This document shows positions 46,772 to 56,812 of a stretch of DNA of 64,000 nt, piece by piece (position 1 is the stretch's first letter; the number at the start of each line of letters is the position of its first letter). Position numbers and translations under genes: made by a program. Source of the DNA: Patescibacteria group bacterium (GTDB taxonomy: Bacteria > Patescibacteriota > Microgenomatia > UBA1400 > PJMF01); NCBI GenBank assembly GCA_016861085.1, contig BOKR01000001.1:825696-889695 (forward strand). The letters run 5' to 3'. The notes beneath the pieces were generated by a model that searched no databases, was not told where the DNA came from, and saw nothing but the letters and a program-made list of their open reading frames with translations.

Positions 46772-47502
46772 TGCTTAAAGTCCACTCTATTGAAACTTTT
46801 GGGACACATGATGGTCCAGGTATTCGCCTAGTAATTTTTACTCAAGGCTGTCCGTTTCGTTGTGCGTACTGTCACAATCCTGATTCACAAACATGGAATA
46901 ACCCAAAAGCTATAGAGCTTACCGCTGAAGATATCATTGAAAGACTCCAAAAAGAAAAACCGTACTTCAAAAATGGTGGGGGTGTGACTTTTTCTGGTGG
47001 TGAACCAACACTGCAAACAAAAGAGCTTTTACCAATCTGTCAACAAATCAAACAAGCTGGATTTCATATCACTCTTGATACCTGTGGTGGCATATTTACT
47101 GAGGAAACTCAACAACTCTATGACCTTTGTGACCTTGTCATGCTTGATGTAAAACATATCAACCGCGATTGGCATGTTAAGTTAACCAAACATTCAAATG
47201 ATACTGTCTTAAAGAATGCACACTATAGGGAGCAAACTGGCAAAGAATTGTGGTTGAGATACGTTCTTGTCCCCGGCTGGACTGACCAAGATGAATATTT
47301 AAAAGAATGGGCCCAATACTTTTCTGATTTTAAGTCAATCACAAAGGCACAAATCTTGCCGTATCATCTTTTGGGTGTTCATAAATACGCTGAACTTGGG
47401 TTAGACTATATTCTAGATGGTGTTCGTGCAGCTACTGAGTCTGACGCCCAAAGAGCAAAAAAAATCTTTGAAAAACACCTAAAAGCTGTTGAAATCGCAT
47501 AA
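46771..47502 (+). CDS. pflA: PFL-activating radical SAM enzyme
   Basis: DGPGIR, CPFRCAYCHNPD, SGGEP; overlaps the pflB stop. Confidence 0.96.
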   Translation: MLKVHSIETFGTHDGPGIRLVIFTQGCPFRCAYCHNPDSQTWNNPKAIELTAEDIIERLQKEKPYFKNGGGVTFSGGEPTLQTKELLPICQQIKQAGFHITLDTCGGIFTEETQQLYDLCDLVMLDVKHINRDWHVKLTKHSNDTVLKNAHYREQTGKELWLRYVLVPGWTDQDEYLKEWAQYFSDFKSITKAQILPYHLLGVHKYAELGLDYILDGVRAATESDAQRAKKIFEKHLKAVEIA

Positions 47503-47517
47503 TAATTGAAAGGAAGA

Positions 47518-49647
47518 ATGTCATACGAGGCATTATTTTATCCGAAGTCTATTGCCATTATTGGAGCTTCTAGAAACATTAAAACGGTAGGTAATGATGT
47601 TATAAAAAACCTCGTTACTCAAGGCTATACCGGTAATTTGTTTCCAGTTAATCCAAAAGCCGATATCTTGTATGGCAAAAAAGTTTACCCAACCGTTCAA
47701 GAAATTCCTGAGCGTATAGATCTGGCAATCATTGCAATTCCAGCCCAATTTGTGCCAGACGCACTCGTCCAAGCAAATGAGAAAGGAGCAACTGCAGCAA
47801 TTGTAATTTCAGCTGGATTTAAAGAGGCCGGCAACGCTGATTTAGAGAATCAAGTTGCTCAAGTGTGCCAAGAACGAAATATAACTCTCATTGGTCCGAA
47901 TTGTTTAGGAATCATCAATCCCGAAATCAAAATGAATGCTTCATTTGCAGGCGTCATGCCTATAGAAGGATCTGTCGCATTTGTTTCACAAAGTGGAGCG
48001 CTATGCACAGCAGTCTTAGATTATGCACTAGATTTGCATGTTGGATTTTCAAAATTTATTAGTACCGGTAACAAAGCAGTTATAGATGAATTAGCGTTAT
48101 TGAAATACTTTGCTCAAGACGAAAAAACAAAAGTAATAGCTTTATATGTTGAGCAACTTGAAAATGCGCCAGAACTGATTTCTGCTGTAAAAGAACTGTC
48201 ACTGGGTGAGCATGCAAAACCAGTTGTCATTTTAAAATCTGGAACAACCCAAGAAGGATCAAGTGCTATTGCGTCTCACACTGGCTCTTTAGCTGGTGGG
48301 GATACTGCTTACGAGGCACTCTTTGCACAAGCAGGGGTTATTCGCGCTCATACCATCGGAGAGTTATTTGACTACGTCCAAGTTTTTTCAAAAAACAAAC
48401 TTGTGCCTGTCGAGAATATCACTATTGTAACCAATGCAGGTGGACCAGGAGTCTTAACTACCGATGCAGTTATTAATTCAGGTCTTCACTTAGCTAAGCT
48501 AGAGGAATCAACAATTCATAAACTACAAGAATTTCTCCCAAAAGCCGCCAATACCCATAACCCTATTGACGTTCTTGGTGATGCAGTTGGTGAAACCTAC
48601 CAAAAAACACTAGACATTTTAGTGCAAGATGCAAATACAGACGCAATTTTAGTGTTACTGACTCCCCAGTCAATGACAGAAATTAGAAAAACCGCGCATG
48701 CTGTGGTCCATTCACACTATTACGGGAACAAGCCAGTGCTTGCCAGTTTTATGGGACAAGAGACTGTTCATCCTGGTATGAAAATCATGCAAGAAGCTGG
48801 TGTTACTACAACCACATTTCCAGAAGCTGCTGCAAAAGCGTTGGGCGTTTTTTCTAAATTCCAAAAATATTCTGTGCGAGAAAAATCAGAAGTTTTGAAA
48901 TTTGATGATGTCGACAAGCAGAAAGTTGCAGATATCTTTGCGCAAGCTAAACAAAACGGGAAGACTTCCTTTCCAGAGGCAGAGGCTTTAGAAATTTTGC
49001 AAGCATATAAATTTCCAATGCTTAAGTCAAAACAGGCGAAAAGTGCAGCTGAAGCAGAAACAATTGCAAAAAATATAGTAGCAGAACTTGGTAGCGAAAC
49101 TACTTTTGCAATGAAAATCGTTTCACAAGACATTCTACATAAAAGTGATGTAGGTGGTGTAATGCTCAACGTTACAGCCAAAGAAATTAAAGAGAAATCA
49201 CAAGAACTCATGGCTCGTGTTGCCCGAAATGCTCCAAATGCAAAACTTGATGGCGTTCTTGTTATGCAAATGGCACCTAAAAATGGTGTTGAAGTTATCT
49301 TGGGTGTTTCGAAAGCTCCAGGTTTAGGGACTATGGTCATGGTTGGCCTTGGTGGTATTTATGTTGAAGTGTTGAAAGATGTTTCATTTGGCTATGTACC
49401 AATTACAAAAAATGATGCAAATAGAATGGTAACTTCACTCAAATCGGCAAAAATTTTCGAAGGAGTTCGTGGTGCAAAACCATCTGATATTGACATGCTG
49501 GTAGAAAGTATCGGTAGATTAGCGCAACTTGTTTTAGATTTCCCAGAAATCTCAGAATTAGATATCAATCCATTACTTGTATTACCTAAAGAAGAGGGCG
49601 TGCGAGTGCTTGATGCTAGAGTTTTGTTAGAGTCTCATGTTTCTTAA
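47518..49647 (+). CDS. Acetate--CoA ligase (ADP-forming), fused alpha/beta
   Basis: GPNCLG, SQSGA, SHTGS phospho-His, NPIDVLGD, ATP-grasp HKSDVGGV, DINP. Confidence 0.92.
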   Translation: MSYEALFYPKSIAIIGASRNIKTVGNDVIKNLVTQGYTGNLFPVNPKADILYGKKVYPTVQEIPERIDLAIIAIPAQFVPDALVQANEKGATAAIVISAGFKEAGNADLENQVAQVCQERNITLIGPNCLGIINPEIKMNASFAGVMPIEGSVAFVSQSGALCTAVLDYALDLHVGFSKFISTGNKAVIDELALLKYFAQDEKTKVIALYVEQLENAPELISAVKELSLGEHAKPVVILKSGTTQEGSSAIASHTGSLAGGDTAYEALFAQAGVIRAHTIGELFDYVQVFSKNKLVPVENITIVTNAGGPGVLTTDAVINSGLHLAKLEESTIHKLQEFLPKAANTHNPIDVLGDAVGETYQKTLDILVQDANTDAILVLLTPQSMTEIRKTAHAVVHSHYYGNKPVLASFMGQETVHPGMKIMQEAGVTTTTFPEAAAKALGVFSKFQKYSVREKSEVLKFDDVDKQKVADIFAQAKQNGKTSFPEAEALEILQAYKFPMLKSKQAKSAAEAETIAKNIVAELGSETTFAMKIVSQDILHKSDVGGVMLNVTAKEIKEKSQELMARVARNAPNAKLDGVLVMQMAPKNGVEVILGVSKAPGLGTMVMVGLGGIYVEVLKDVSFGYVPITKNDANRMVTSLKSAKIFEGVRGAKPSDIDMLVESIGRLAQLVLDFPEISELDINPLLVLPKEEGVRVLDARVLLESHVS

Positions 49648-50545
49648 GCTCTTCTTTCAACTCAGCAATCCTAATTTCCCTGTTGGCCATAATGTCATTT
49701 ACTTTGGTTAACTCTTGAATCTGCTCATGCATCTTCATTTCAGTCAGTTTTCTGTCAGTTATATCAGTTAAAATCATTGAAAACTCATTTTTTGTTGATG
49801 GAAAAAAATGAATTCGGAACCATTTTTGCTTTGTTTCATATAAAAATTCATCGGTAAAATCTTCTCCCTGTAAAGCAGCTCTTCCTCCCTTTTGGATTAG
49901 CTCTTTCAGCCTCTTCTCAGATTTATATGGCAATATGCTAAAACGTTTACCAATCAGCTCTTCTTTATTGAGTCCCACCAAATCTTCAAGCGCCTTATTT
50001 ACTAACAAAAATTCAAAATCTACAGGATTGCCTTGATCATCAACTATGATCCTTTGATATGAAAAAGCCTCAGACATCCTCTCAAATACTTGTTCAAGCT
50101 GTGATTGTATTTGAGTGGTTTGTTGTCGTAATCTTTCAAATTCTGATAAATCAACAATCTGAGTAAGTAAGTGCTTTGGAGTCAAATCAGGATTTCTTAC
50201 AAAAGAAACAGAAAGAATTACTGGTACTACTTTGCCAGTCTTACTAATATATCTTTTCTGTAATTGGTAATGCTCAAACTTACCTTTGAGCATGTCATTT
50301 ATATACTCAATGTCTCTTTGCAAATCTTCGGGATGAGTAATATCCTGAAATTTCTTTTTAAGAAGTTCCTCAACTGTATAGCCAACAATCTTTGCAAAAG
50401 AGTTATTTACTCGTAACCACTGACCCTCAAAAGAAACAAAGGCCATACCAATTGCTGAGTTTTCAAATGCATCTTCAAAACCATAGAGTACATTACCAGG
50501 TTGTTGCTTACTAGGAAATAGAAATCTTCTGAATATGTTCAACAT
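49616..50545 (-). CDS. Tandem PAS-domain protein without output domain
   Basis: AFENSAIG...ITHPED, second PAS ending DITDRK, C-terminal coiled coil. Confidence 0.85.
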   Translation of the reverse strand: MLNIFRRFLFPSKQQPGNVLYGFEDAFENSAIGMAFVSFEGQWLRVNNSFAKIVGYTVEELLKKKFQDITHPEDLQRDIEYINDMLKGKFEHYQLQKRYISKTGKVVPVILSVSFVRNPDLTPKHLLTQIVDLSEFERLRQQTTQIQSQLEQVFERMSEAFSYQRIIVDDQGNPVDFEFLLVNKALEDLVGLNKEELIGKRFSILPYKSEKRLKELIQKGGRAALQGEDFTDEFLYETKQKWFRIHFFPSTKNEFSMILTDITDRKLTEMKMHEQIQELTKVNDIMANREIRIAELKEELKKHETLTKL

Positions 50546-50618
50546 ATAACCATGTATGGATTAAAATAAAGCACACTTTAGTATGAGAACAAATACCATT
50601 TTTTGCAAGGAGTTAACC

Positions 50619-51932
50619 CTATGTTGAGGTGCTTACTGCTTTAACCGTTTCAAAAATACCTATTTGCTGCATTGATTCAAAAACTTCTTTGTATACGCTA
50701 AACAAATATTCCCAGTTATTCTGATAATTTTGTTTTAGGTTTGATTCAATTGCTACCAAAAATTTTTGAGGGTCTTCACCGGTAAATGGATTTCCTGCAG
50801 CAGGGCGGTGTAGCGAAGCTTCAACTTTATCGAGCATTTCCAAAAATGCTACTAACCGCAAATCTCTTTTCTCTCGAGCATCTATCTTCGAGGCCCTTAT
50901 AAACTCTTCCATCTTTTTTGGTGAATCTGCAAATGCACCTTGTACAAAATGATGCCGTAAGCCAACCTTGGCTCGTTCCCTGAAATGCTCATTCAGTCCA
51001 AGTGATTTGGTAAATAAAAACTTCTTTCCAAAAATAATGTGAGAATTTGTATAGAAATTACCTATTGGTTCAGTATCGGGCTTAAAACCTTGCTGTAACA
51101 AAAAAACCTTCTCCGCTCTGCTTAACACAAAGCACTTCTTTATTTCTTGTATTCTTTGAGTTTTTTCACGATCTGATTGCGTTGAATCAAGTACTTCTTG
51201 TATTGCAATTTCCCTTGCAATGATAAATGCTAATTCAATTGGTAGGGCTCGAACGTTTCCTTGTTTTAGTATCTCTTTAACTCTAGGAGAAAGTCCTTCC
51301 AAAACACTCTCATTTGTGCTATCTCTCCCGAAGATAATTCTTCGCAAAAACCTGACTGATTTTACTCCACTGATTTTAAAAATAATTCTTCTGATTTCTT
51401 TTGTGACTTCTGTAGAGCCATATACCTTCTTAGCGAAAAGTGTTTTAATACCAATTTCTTTTACACTTTTACCATGTTTCCCCTCTAAAATAAGATTGTT
51501 ATATATCCTTGGAACTACTGCAGCTGCATGTTTTGGGTTGTAATTAATTGGCCCAGCTTTACCAATGTCACTAATTACAATCATAAAAATGAGATCCTGT
51601 AGAAACTCTGTACTCTTTACTTCTTCTACTTCAAAGAGCTGTAGTATTTCATTTCTGTGTGAGATAACTGCCTTAATCATATTAAGCTCATAGTCCCAAT
51701 GATTTTGGAGTTGGTCAGAATTTAAAAGCCCTGGTTGATGCAAGACATCTATCTGATGAAAAATATCCTTTGGCAGACTTAGTGCCCACTGAGAAAATTC
51801 AGGTCCTAAAAGTTCTTCCAACTCCTTTGCGAATGTGAGTTGTATGTCAGAAAATTTTGAGGAGGTTTCTTCTTTTTTGTTTACGGTATCTCTATCTGAA
51901 CGGAAAAAACTTTCGATAACTGTGTTTATCAT
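50619..51932 (-). CDS. Hypothetical protein, degenerate HD-like
   Basis: ISDIGKAG, H, RHH, LDKVEA pattern. Confidence 0.55.
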   Translation of the reverse strand: MINTVIESFFRSDRDTVNKKEETSSKFSDIQLTFAKELEELLGPEFSQWALSLPKDIFHQIDVLHQPGLLNSDQLQNHWDYELNMIKAVISHRNEILQLFEVEEVKSTEFLQDLIFMIVISDIGKAGPINYNPKHAAAVVPRIYNNLILEGKHGKSVKEIGIKTLFAKKVYGSTEVTKEIRRIIFKISGVKSVRFLRRIIFGRDSTNESVLEGLSPRVKEILKQGNVRALPIELAFIIAREIAIQEVLDSTQSDREKTQRIQEIKKCFVLSRAEKVFLLQQGFKPDTEPIGNFYTNSHIIFGKKFLFTKSLGLNEHFRERAKVGLRHHFVQGAFADSPKKMEEFIRASKIDAREKRDLRLVAFLEMLDKVEASLHRPAAGNPFTGEDPQKFLVAIESNLKQNYQNNWEYLFSVYKEVFESMQQIGIFETVKAVSTST

Positions 51933-51966
51933 AATGTATAACTGTCATTGTAAGTATAAAACACGC

Positions 51967-53301
51967 TTAGTTAAAATAATATGCAAAGTACTTATCGAGC
52001 TGCTTTTTAGTATGCGGATCCATACCATTTGATAATGTTTGCAAAAATTGCTGTTTTAGCTGCTGAGCCAGCCTACTATAACCAGCATCGATTAAATGTT
52101 CAAGTGTTTGGCGCGCAAACAACATATTAATGGTACCCGAAGTCCCAGGATTATCAAAAAATGTACCACAACTAATCTGTGCCCCTAATGCAGAAGCCTT
52201 AGCAGCATAGAGAGATTTTTTGTTATTTTTCACTTCACCATGAAAATAAAAATATGTGTCAAAATTTTTGGCAAGTTCTTCTGACCAAAACCTACCTAGC
52301 TGTTTATCTAAAACTGAGTCAACCTGCCTATTTAATTCTGCGAGTGCATTTGAGAAACTCCGTTTCCAACCCCCATGCCAACCAGCGTCACAAGGACATT
52401 CTTTGTGCCAACGAGCCAAATCTCCATGTGGGCAACTCCATGCAGTTCGTTCTCTGAGTCGACCGTCCCTATAATCATTTTTATCCCAAACTTCTTGTAT
52501 CTGATTCAATCCGAGTACAGCCACGCCAATACTTGGCAAGCTACTAGAAACTAGGTGCTGCAAAAATTTATCAGCAAACTTTGCATGGTGACCAAAAGTC
52601 TCACCGTCTGTCCAACCTATGATAGGAACTGATTTAGGCAAGCGCAAAATTCTTGGCTTTACCACTTGGTCTGCAAATCGATCAGCATTCGATTTATCCT
52701 CAAATGCAAACTGCGATGAAAGTGGCCTATCAAATGGTAACAGTAAAATCTCTGCTCTACTTTTTAATTTAATTCTTACCGGAAAATTATCTATCTCACC
52801 CTTTACACCCCCAATTTGTTCTGGTGCACAAATCACTCCTTTGTAACCAACCCTAGCTAAAACTTCTAAGGTTTGAGTATCTAATGCTGTCTCTGGTGCC
52901 CAAAACCATTGAGGTGGAACACCTCCAGCGTCTTTTTTAAATGCTTCCCACCCTGCTTGCACTAATATTACTTTGTCGCGTTCTGGCAAATCTGGCAGCA
53001 ATGCATGTAAATATGGATCACCAACCCCCCTTGCCCGCATAGACTCTCTAAGAGCAACTGATTCTTTTGGGGCGATCCTTAACATATCTCTGCGAATTGT
53101 GGCATAAAAATCAAAAGATGCTTTTTCTAGCGTTCCACTTTGTAACTGAGGGATATAACATTCTCTAGCAATAACTGCGTTCCAGTCTGTATCACTGGTG
53201 CGCAGATGCTTTAAACGAATATGGCTGGCACTTCGAGATGGCTGATAGAAATGCTCACCAACAACTGAGAACCGTTCTGAGGTTCTAAGGTGCTTAATCA
53301 T
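51967..53301 (-). CDS. Glycoside hydrolase family 57 protein (DUF3536-type)
   Basis: HFYQP, WAPETA, DGETFGHH, WSCPHG..RW. Confidence 0.88.
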   Translation of the reverse strand: MIKHLRTSERFSVVGEHFYQPSRSASHIRLKHLRTSDTDWNAVIARECYIPQLQSGTLEKASFDFYATIRRDMLRIAPKESVALRESMRARGVGDPYLHALLPDLPERDKVILVQAGWEAFKKDAGGVPPQWFWAPETALDTQTLEVLARVGYKGVICAPEQIGGVKGEIDNFPVRIKLKSRAEILLLPFDRPLSSQFAFEDKSNADRFADQVVKPRILRLPKSVPIIGWTDGETFGHHAKFADKFLQHLVSSSLPSIGVAVLGLNQIQEVWDKNDYRDGRLRERTAWSCPHGDLARWHKECPCDAGWHGGWKRSFSNALAELNRQVDSVLDKQLGRFWSEELAKNFDTYFYFHGEVKNNKKSLYAAKASALGAQISCGTFFDNPGTSGTINMLFARQTLEHLIDAGYSRLAQQLKQQFLQTLSNGMDPHTKKQLDKYFAYYFN

Positions 53302-53421
53302 ACAGATGATGTTATAGTTAGTTTGATGCTTTGTATATAACTAATAAGTTCCCATAGTTGGGATAATTTATTATTTAAGCCTGGACATGAAAAAATATAA
53401 AAAAAAGCGTATACTTAAAAT

Positions 53422-54003
53422 ATGACTCAGGAAATTGAAACACAAAAACTCCGCAGATACTTTTTTAAAACATTGGAGGCAAAATCTCTAAAAAAACGGC
53501 CACTTTCTACAAAAATAGCAGACAGACTTACAGGTTTTTCAAGTACTCCAAAATTTTTATTCTTAAATGCATTCATTTTTATTGTTTGGATTACGTTTAA
53601 TACAGGAATTATTCCTGGATTTACTCCGTTTGATCCGTACCCATTTGGATTTCTAACTATGGCCGTATCACTTGAAGCTATCTTCTTGTCAATTTTTGTA
53701 CTCGTTTCTCAAAATAGAGCTTCACAAACCGCTACACTTAGAGACGAACTAAACTTACGAGTCAACCTTATTGCTGAACAAGAAATTACCAAAATCTTAA
53801 AAATGCAGCTTGCACTTAATAAAAGATTGCGGGTCAATAAAGAAATTGATGAAGAACTCGAAAAAATGATTCAAGATATCAGTGCAAGTTCACTAGAGCA
53901 ATCAATTTTGGAACAACTAGAACGTGCCGATCAACCGCTTTTTGAATCAATCACAAAGAAGGAAATTCCTGAACTATTCAAACTTTCGGGGAAAAAGAAA
54001 TAA
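53422..54003 (+). CDS. DUF1003 membrane protein
   Basis: FDPYPFGFL..VSLEAIFLS..VLVSQNR. Confidence 0.9.
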   Translation: MTQEIETQKLRRYFFKTLEAKSLKKRPLSTKIADRLTGFSSTPKFLFLNAFIFIVWITFNTGIIPGFTPFDPYPFGFLTMAVSLEAIFLSIFVLVSQNRASQTATLRDELNLRVNLIAEQEITKILKMQLALNKRLRVNKEIDEELEKMIQDISASSLEQSILEQLERADQPLFESITKKEIPELFKLSGKKK

Positions 54004-54004
54004 T

Positions 54005-54262
54005 TCATCCTTTGACTAATTTTAGTTTTTGTTCTCTTGTAAGCTGTTTGATTTGATATTCGCGCTTTGAGGCTTGTGAACGGTCGATGTATTTTTCAAT
54101 GTATACCAGTTTGAACGGACCTTTTTTTCTGGTGTATTTTGCACCCAAATCAAATGTGTGTTTTTCTAATCTTTTATCGACATTATTACTGATGCCTGTA
54201 TAGAGTGTGCCGTCGTTACATTCAATAATGTAAACGTACCAAGGTTTCAATTCAGTGTTCAT
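54005..54262 (-). CDS. GIY-YIG nuclease (UPF0213/YhbQ-like)
   Basis: WYVYII.C.DGTLYTG, R..H, AKYTR, A.KRE.QIK; start taken as ATG 54262 because the longer ORF runs through the tRNA. Confidence 0.9.
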   Translation of the reverse strand: MNTELKPWYVYIIECNDGTLYTGISNNVDKRLEKHTFDLGAKYTRKKGPFKLVYIEKYIDRSQASKREYQIKQLTREQKLKLVKG

Positions 54263-54264
54263 TA

Positions 54265-54351
54265 TGGCGGAGAGCGAGGGATTCGAACCCACGGGACCAC
54301 GAAGGTCACGGTTTTCAAGACCGTTGCGATTGACCACTCTGCCAGCTCTCC
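54265..54351 (-). tRNA. tRNA-Ser(TGA), encoded CCA
   Basis: GGAGAGC/GCTCTCC acceptor; ACGGT-CTTGAAA-ACCGT; long variable arm; GTTCGAATCC. Confidence 0.95.
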
Positions 54352-54431
54352 TTAGGTCTAGTTAAGATAAGTATTATATCATTAACAAACTACTTTTTGT
54401 GCGTCCTTTTATAGTGTACACTGATACATGG

Positions 54432-55031
54432 ATGCAGGAACAAAATCCCGAAACACCACGTCAAGAGCAACCTATAAACGAGGCACAGCAAAGGCAGGAA
54501 AATGATCCAAATGCTGAGCCCTATTTTCCAGACTATCAAAGGCCGGTTCAGGAGGAATTGGTCTATCAATGGCAAGCACCAAGTAGGCCATTCAAAAAAC
54601 ATAAACGACAATACTTCACTACAATTGCAACCATCGTCTTGCTGTTGTGTTTAATTTTATTTTTTGCAGGGCAATTTTTACCAATAGCAGTAGTAATTGC
54701 TGTTGCATTCCTTTCCTACATCATGGCTACGATTCCTCCCCAAACAATCACAAATTCTATTACCACTTTTGGTATCCGCAATGAGGAGGATTTATATTAT
54801 TGGGATGAAATGGGTAGGTTTTGGTTTGATAAAAAACATGACGAAGACGTTTTATATGTTGAAGTAGATCGATTTCCATTTCGGTTATCTCTTTTGATTG
54901 GCCAAGAACCAAAAGAAACATTAACTGAAATCCTGAGTGAAATTCTTATAAACCAACGACCACCACTTACCGAAACCGAACGATTTGCACAGTGGCTCCA
55001 AAAGAAAATTCCTCTAGACATTGATTCATAA
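54432..55031 (+). CDS. Hypothetical membrane protein (2 TM + PH-like C-terminus)
   Basis: W.AP.RPF motif then two TM helices; start moved to MQEQ. Confidence 0.7.
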   Translation: MQEQNPETPRQEQPINEAQQRQENDPNAEPYFPDYQRPVQEELVYQWQAPSRPFKKHKRQYFTTIATIVLLLCLILFFAGQFLPIAVVIAVAFLSYIMATIPPQTITNSITTFGIRNEEDLYYWDEMGRFWFDKKHDEDVLYVEVDRFPFRLSLLIGQEPKETLTEILSEILINQRPPLTETERFAQWLQKKIPLDIDS

Positions 55032-55073
55032 TTCTCTTTTTTTTGGTATAATACCTGATATTGTTTCCAATAT

Positions 55074-55147
55074 GCACCCATAGCTCAGTTGGATAGAGCG
55101 TTTGTTTGCGGAACAAAAGGTCATGCGTTCGAATCGCATTGGGTGCA
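55074..55147 (+). tRNA. tRNA-Arg(GCG), CCA not encoded
   Basis: GCACCCA/TGGGTGC acceptor; TTTGT-TTGCGGA-ACAAA; T arm ATGCG-TTCGAAT-CGCAT. Confidence 0.93.
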
Positions 55148-55178
55148 CAATTGAATATTTTATCGTATACTACCAATC

Positions 55179-56000
55179 ATGTTAGCAGCACTCCTTATAT
55201 CACTACGAGAAGTTATTGAAGCAACACTTATTGTTGCAACAGTTGTAGGTATCTTAACTAAACTTAAACAAACGGCTCTTATTAAAACAGTTGGGATTGC
55301 AACAGCTTTAGCAATAGTTGTAAGTGTTGCATTATTGGGTTTGGGTAGTTATCTTGGACTACAATTACAGGAGTTGTACACCGGTGAAATTGAGGAACTC
55401 GTTGAAGGTGTACTCATGATGATCTCTGCCGCATTTGTTTCTTGGGCGGTATTTTTTTTACATCAAACATTTGGTCACAACAAAATTCAATTGATTGAAA
55501 AAATTAATCACACAGTGAATGCAGGAGAGAAAAATGCCATTTTTATTCTTGTTTTTACCTCAGTTTTAAGAGAAGGATTTGAAATTGTTTTGTTTCTTTC
55601 TACACTGTATCTTTCAACAGATCCTCAACAAATTTTTAGTGGTTTCTTCTTTGGATTGTTGCTAGGACTGGTGTTCTGTTACCTCGTTTTCAAAACCACA
55701 ATCAAGCTGCCCATCTATTATGCATTTAGAATTACTTCAATCTTGCTTGTGATATTCGCAGCAGGACTTTTTGCCCGAGGTGTTCATGAGTTTACTGAGT
55801 TAGGTGTCATCCCAGAATTTACACAAATAACGTTTGCGTTCCTCCCAGAAAAAACAACAACGATTGGAGCCTTTGTCAAAACAATCTTTGGCGTCACCAG
55901 AAAAATGGATTTACTACAACTTTCTGTCTACTCAGGGTACATAGCATTTATGAGTTGGTGGATTAAAACAAATCAAAAAAGCGAAGTTCCTAATAATTAA
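55179..56000 (+). CDS. FTR1-family iron permease
   Basis: Two RExxE motifs (LREVIEA, LREGFEI). Confidence 0.9.
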   Translation: MLAALLISLREVIEATLIVATVVGILTKLKQTALIKTVGIATALAIVVSVALLGLGSYLGLQLQELYTGEIEELVEGVLMMISAAFVSWAVFFLHQTFGHNKIQLIEKINHTVNAGEKNAIFILVFTSVLREGFEIVLFLSTLYLSTDPQQIFSGFFFGLLLGLVFCYLVFKTTIKLPIYYAFRITSILLVIFAAGLFARGVHEFTELGVIPEFTQITFAFLPEKTTTIGAFVKTIFGVTRKMDLLQLSVYSGYIAFMSWWIKTNQKSEVPNN

Positions 56001-56037
56001 GCAACTTAGTTGCATTATAAAAAAAATACTATATAAT
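55997..56037 (+). promoter_or_regulatory. Promoter of ZIP-Fur operon with palindromic Fur-family-like operator
   Basis: GCAACT-T-AGTTGC (56001-56013) overlaps TTGCAT-N16-TATAAT. Confidence 0.55.
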
Positions 56038-56047
56038 CGTTGTTACT

Positions 56048-56806
56048 ATGACATTGATCTATATTCTCGCTGTAACATTTATTAGTAGTCTAATTTCGCT
56101 ACTTGGCTCATTTTTCTTAGCAAAGAAAAAAACTTGGCCAAAAAAATTCATATTACAACTCACTTCTTTTGCCTCAGGTGTATTATTAGCTACTTCGTTA
56201 CTTCATCTTGCACCAGAAGCGATTGAAAATTTGGACGGGCAAATTGTTTTTATTGTCATATTTTTGTCTATAGTTTTCTTTTTTGTTTTAGAACGTTTGA
56301 TTTTATGGCATCATCACCATGAAGATGATGAGTGTTGTGGACCACATCCAAGCGCATGGTTTGTTACTTTTGGGGACGGTGTTCATAATTTTTTAGATGG
56401 TGTTTTAATCGCTGGTACATTTTTAGTAGATCCAACTCTTGGACTCCTAACAGCTTTTGCTGTTTCAGCACATGAAATTCCACAAGAAATTGCCGATTTT
56501 TCAATTATGGTTGCCGGAGGTATGAGTAGAAAACAAGCTCTTCTGTTAAACCTAGCCTCAGCAATGTCAGCTGTTTTAGGAGCATTAGTAACTTACTTTT
56601 TTGCCTTTTCTTTGGAAGGAATCGTCCCATACATCATTGCCCTGAGTGTGGGTATGTTTTTATATATTGCTCTCTCAGACCTTATTCCCGAACTTCATAG
56701 ACATGACCTGAGAGACAATCGACAAAAATGGAACCAACTTATATTATTCTTTGTTGGTATTTGCATCATCGCATCACTAAGTTTATTTTTACCACATATT
56801 GAATAA
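56048..56806 (+). CDS. ZIP-family metal transporter
   Basis: His-rich loop HHHHE, HNFLDG, HEIPQE, DLIPE. Confidence 0.92.
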   Translation: MTLIYILAVTFISSLISLLGSFFLAKKKTWPKKFILQLTSFASGVLLATSLLHLAPEAIENLDGQIVFIVIFLSIVFFFVLERLILWHHHHEDDECCGPHPSAWFVTFGDGVHNFLDGVLIAGTFLVDPTLGLLTAFAVSAHEIPQEIADFSIMVAGGMSRKQALLLNLASAMSAVLGALVTYFFAFSLEGIVPYIIALSVGMFLYIALSDLIPELHRHDLRDNRQKWNQLILFFVGICIIASLSLFLPHIE

Positions 56807-56812
56807 GATCAT

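Noticed and set aside
48768-49340. 190-aa antisense ORF and similar shadow ORFs (e.g. 27367, 32462, 33161, 37399)
   Set aside because: They overlap well-supported genes on the opposite strand and have no motifs
54263-54337. N-terminal extension of the GIY-YIG ORF
   Set aside because: It is a translation of the tRNA-Ser(TGA) sequence
54967-55176. 69-aa minus-strand ORF
   Set aside because: Antisense to tRNA-Arg; typical tRNA shadow ORF
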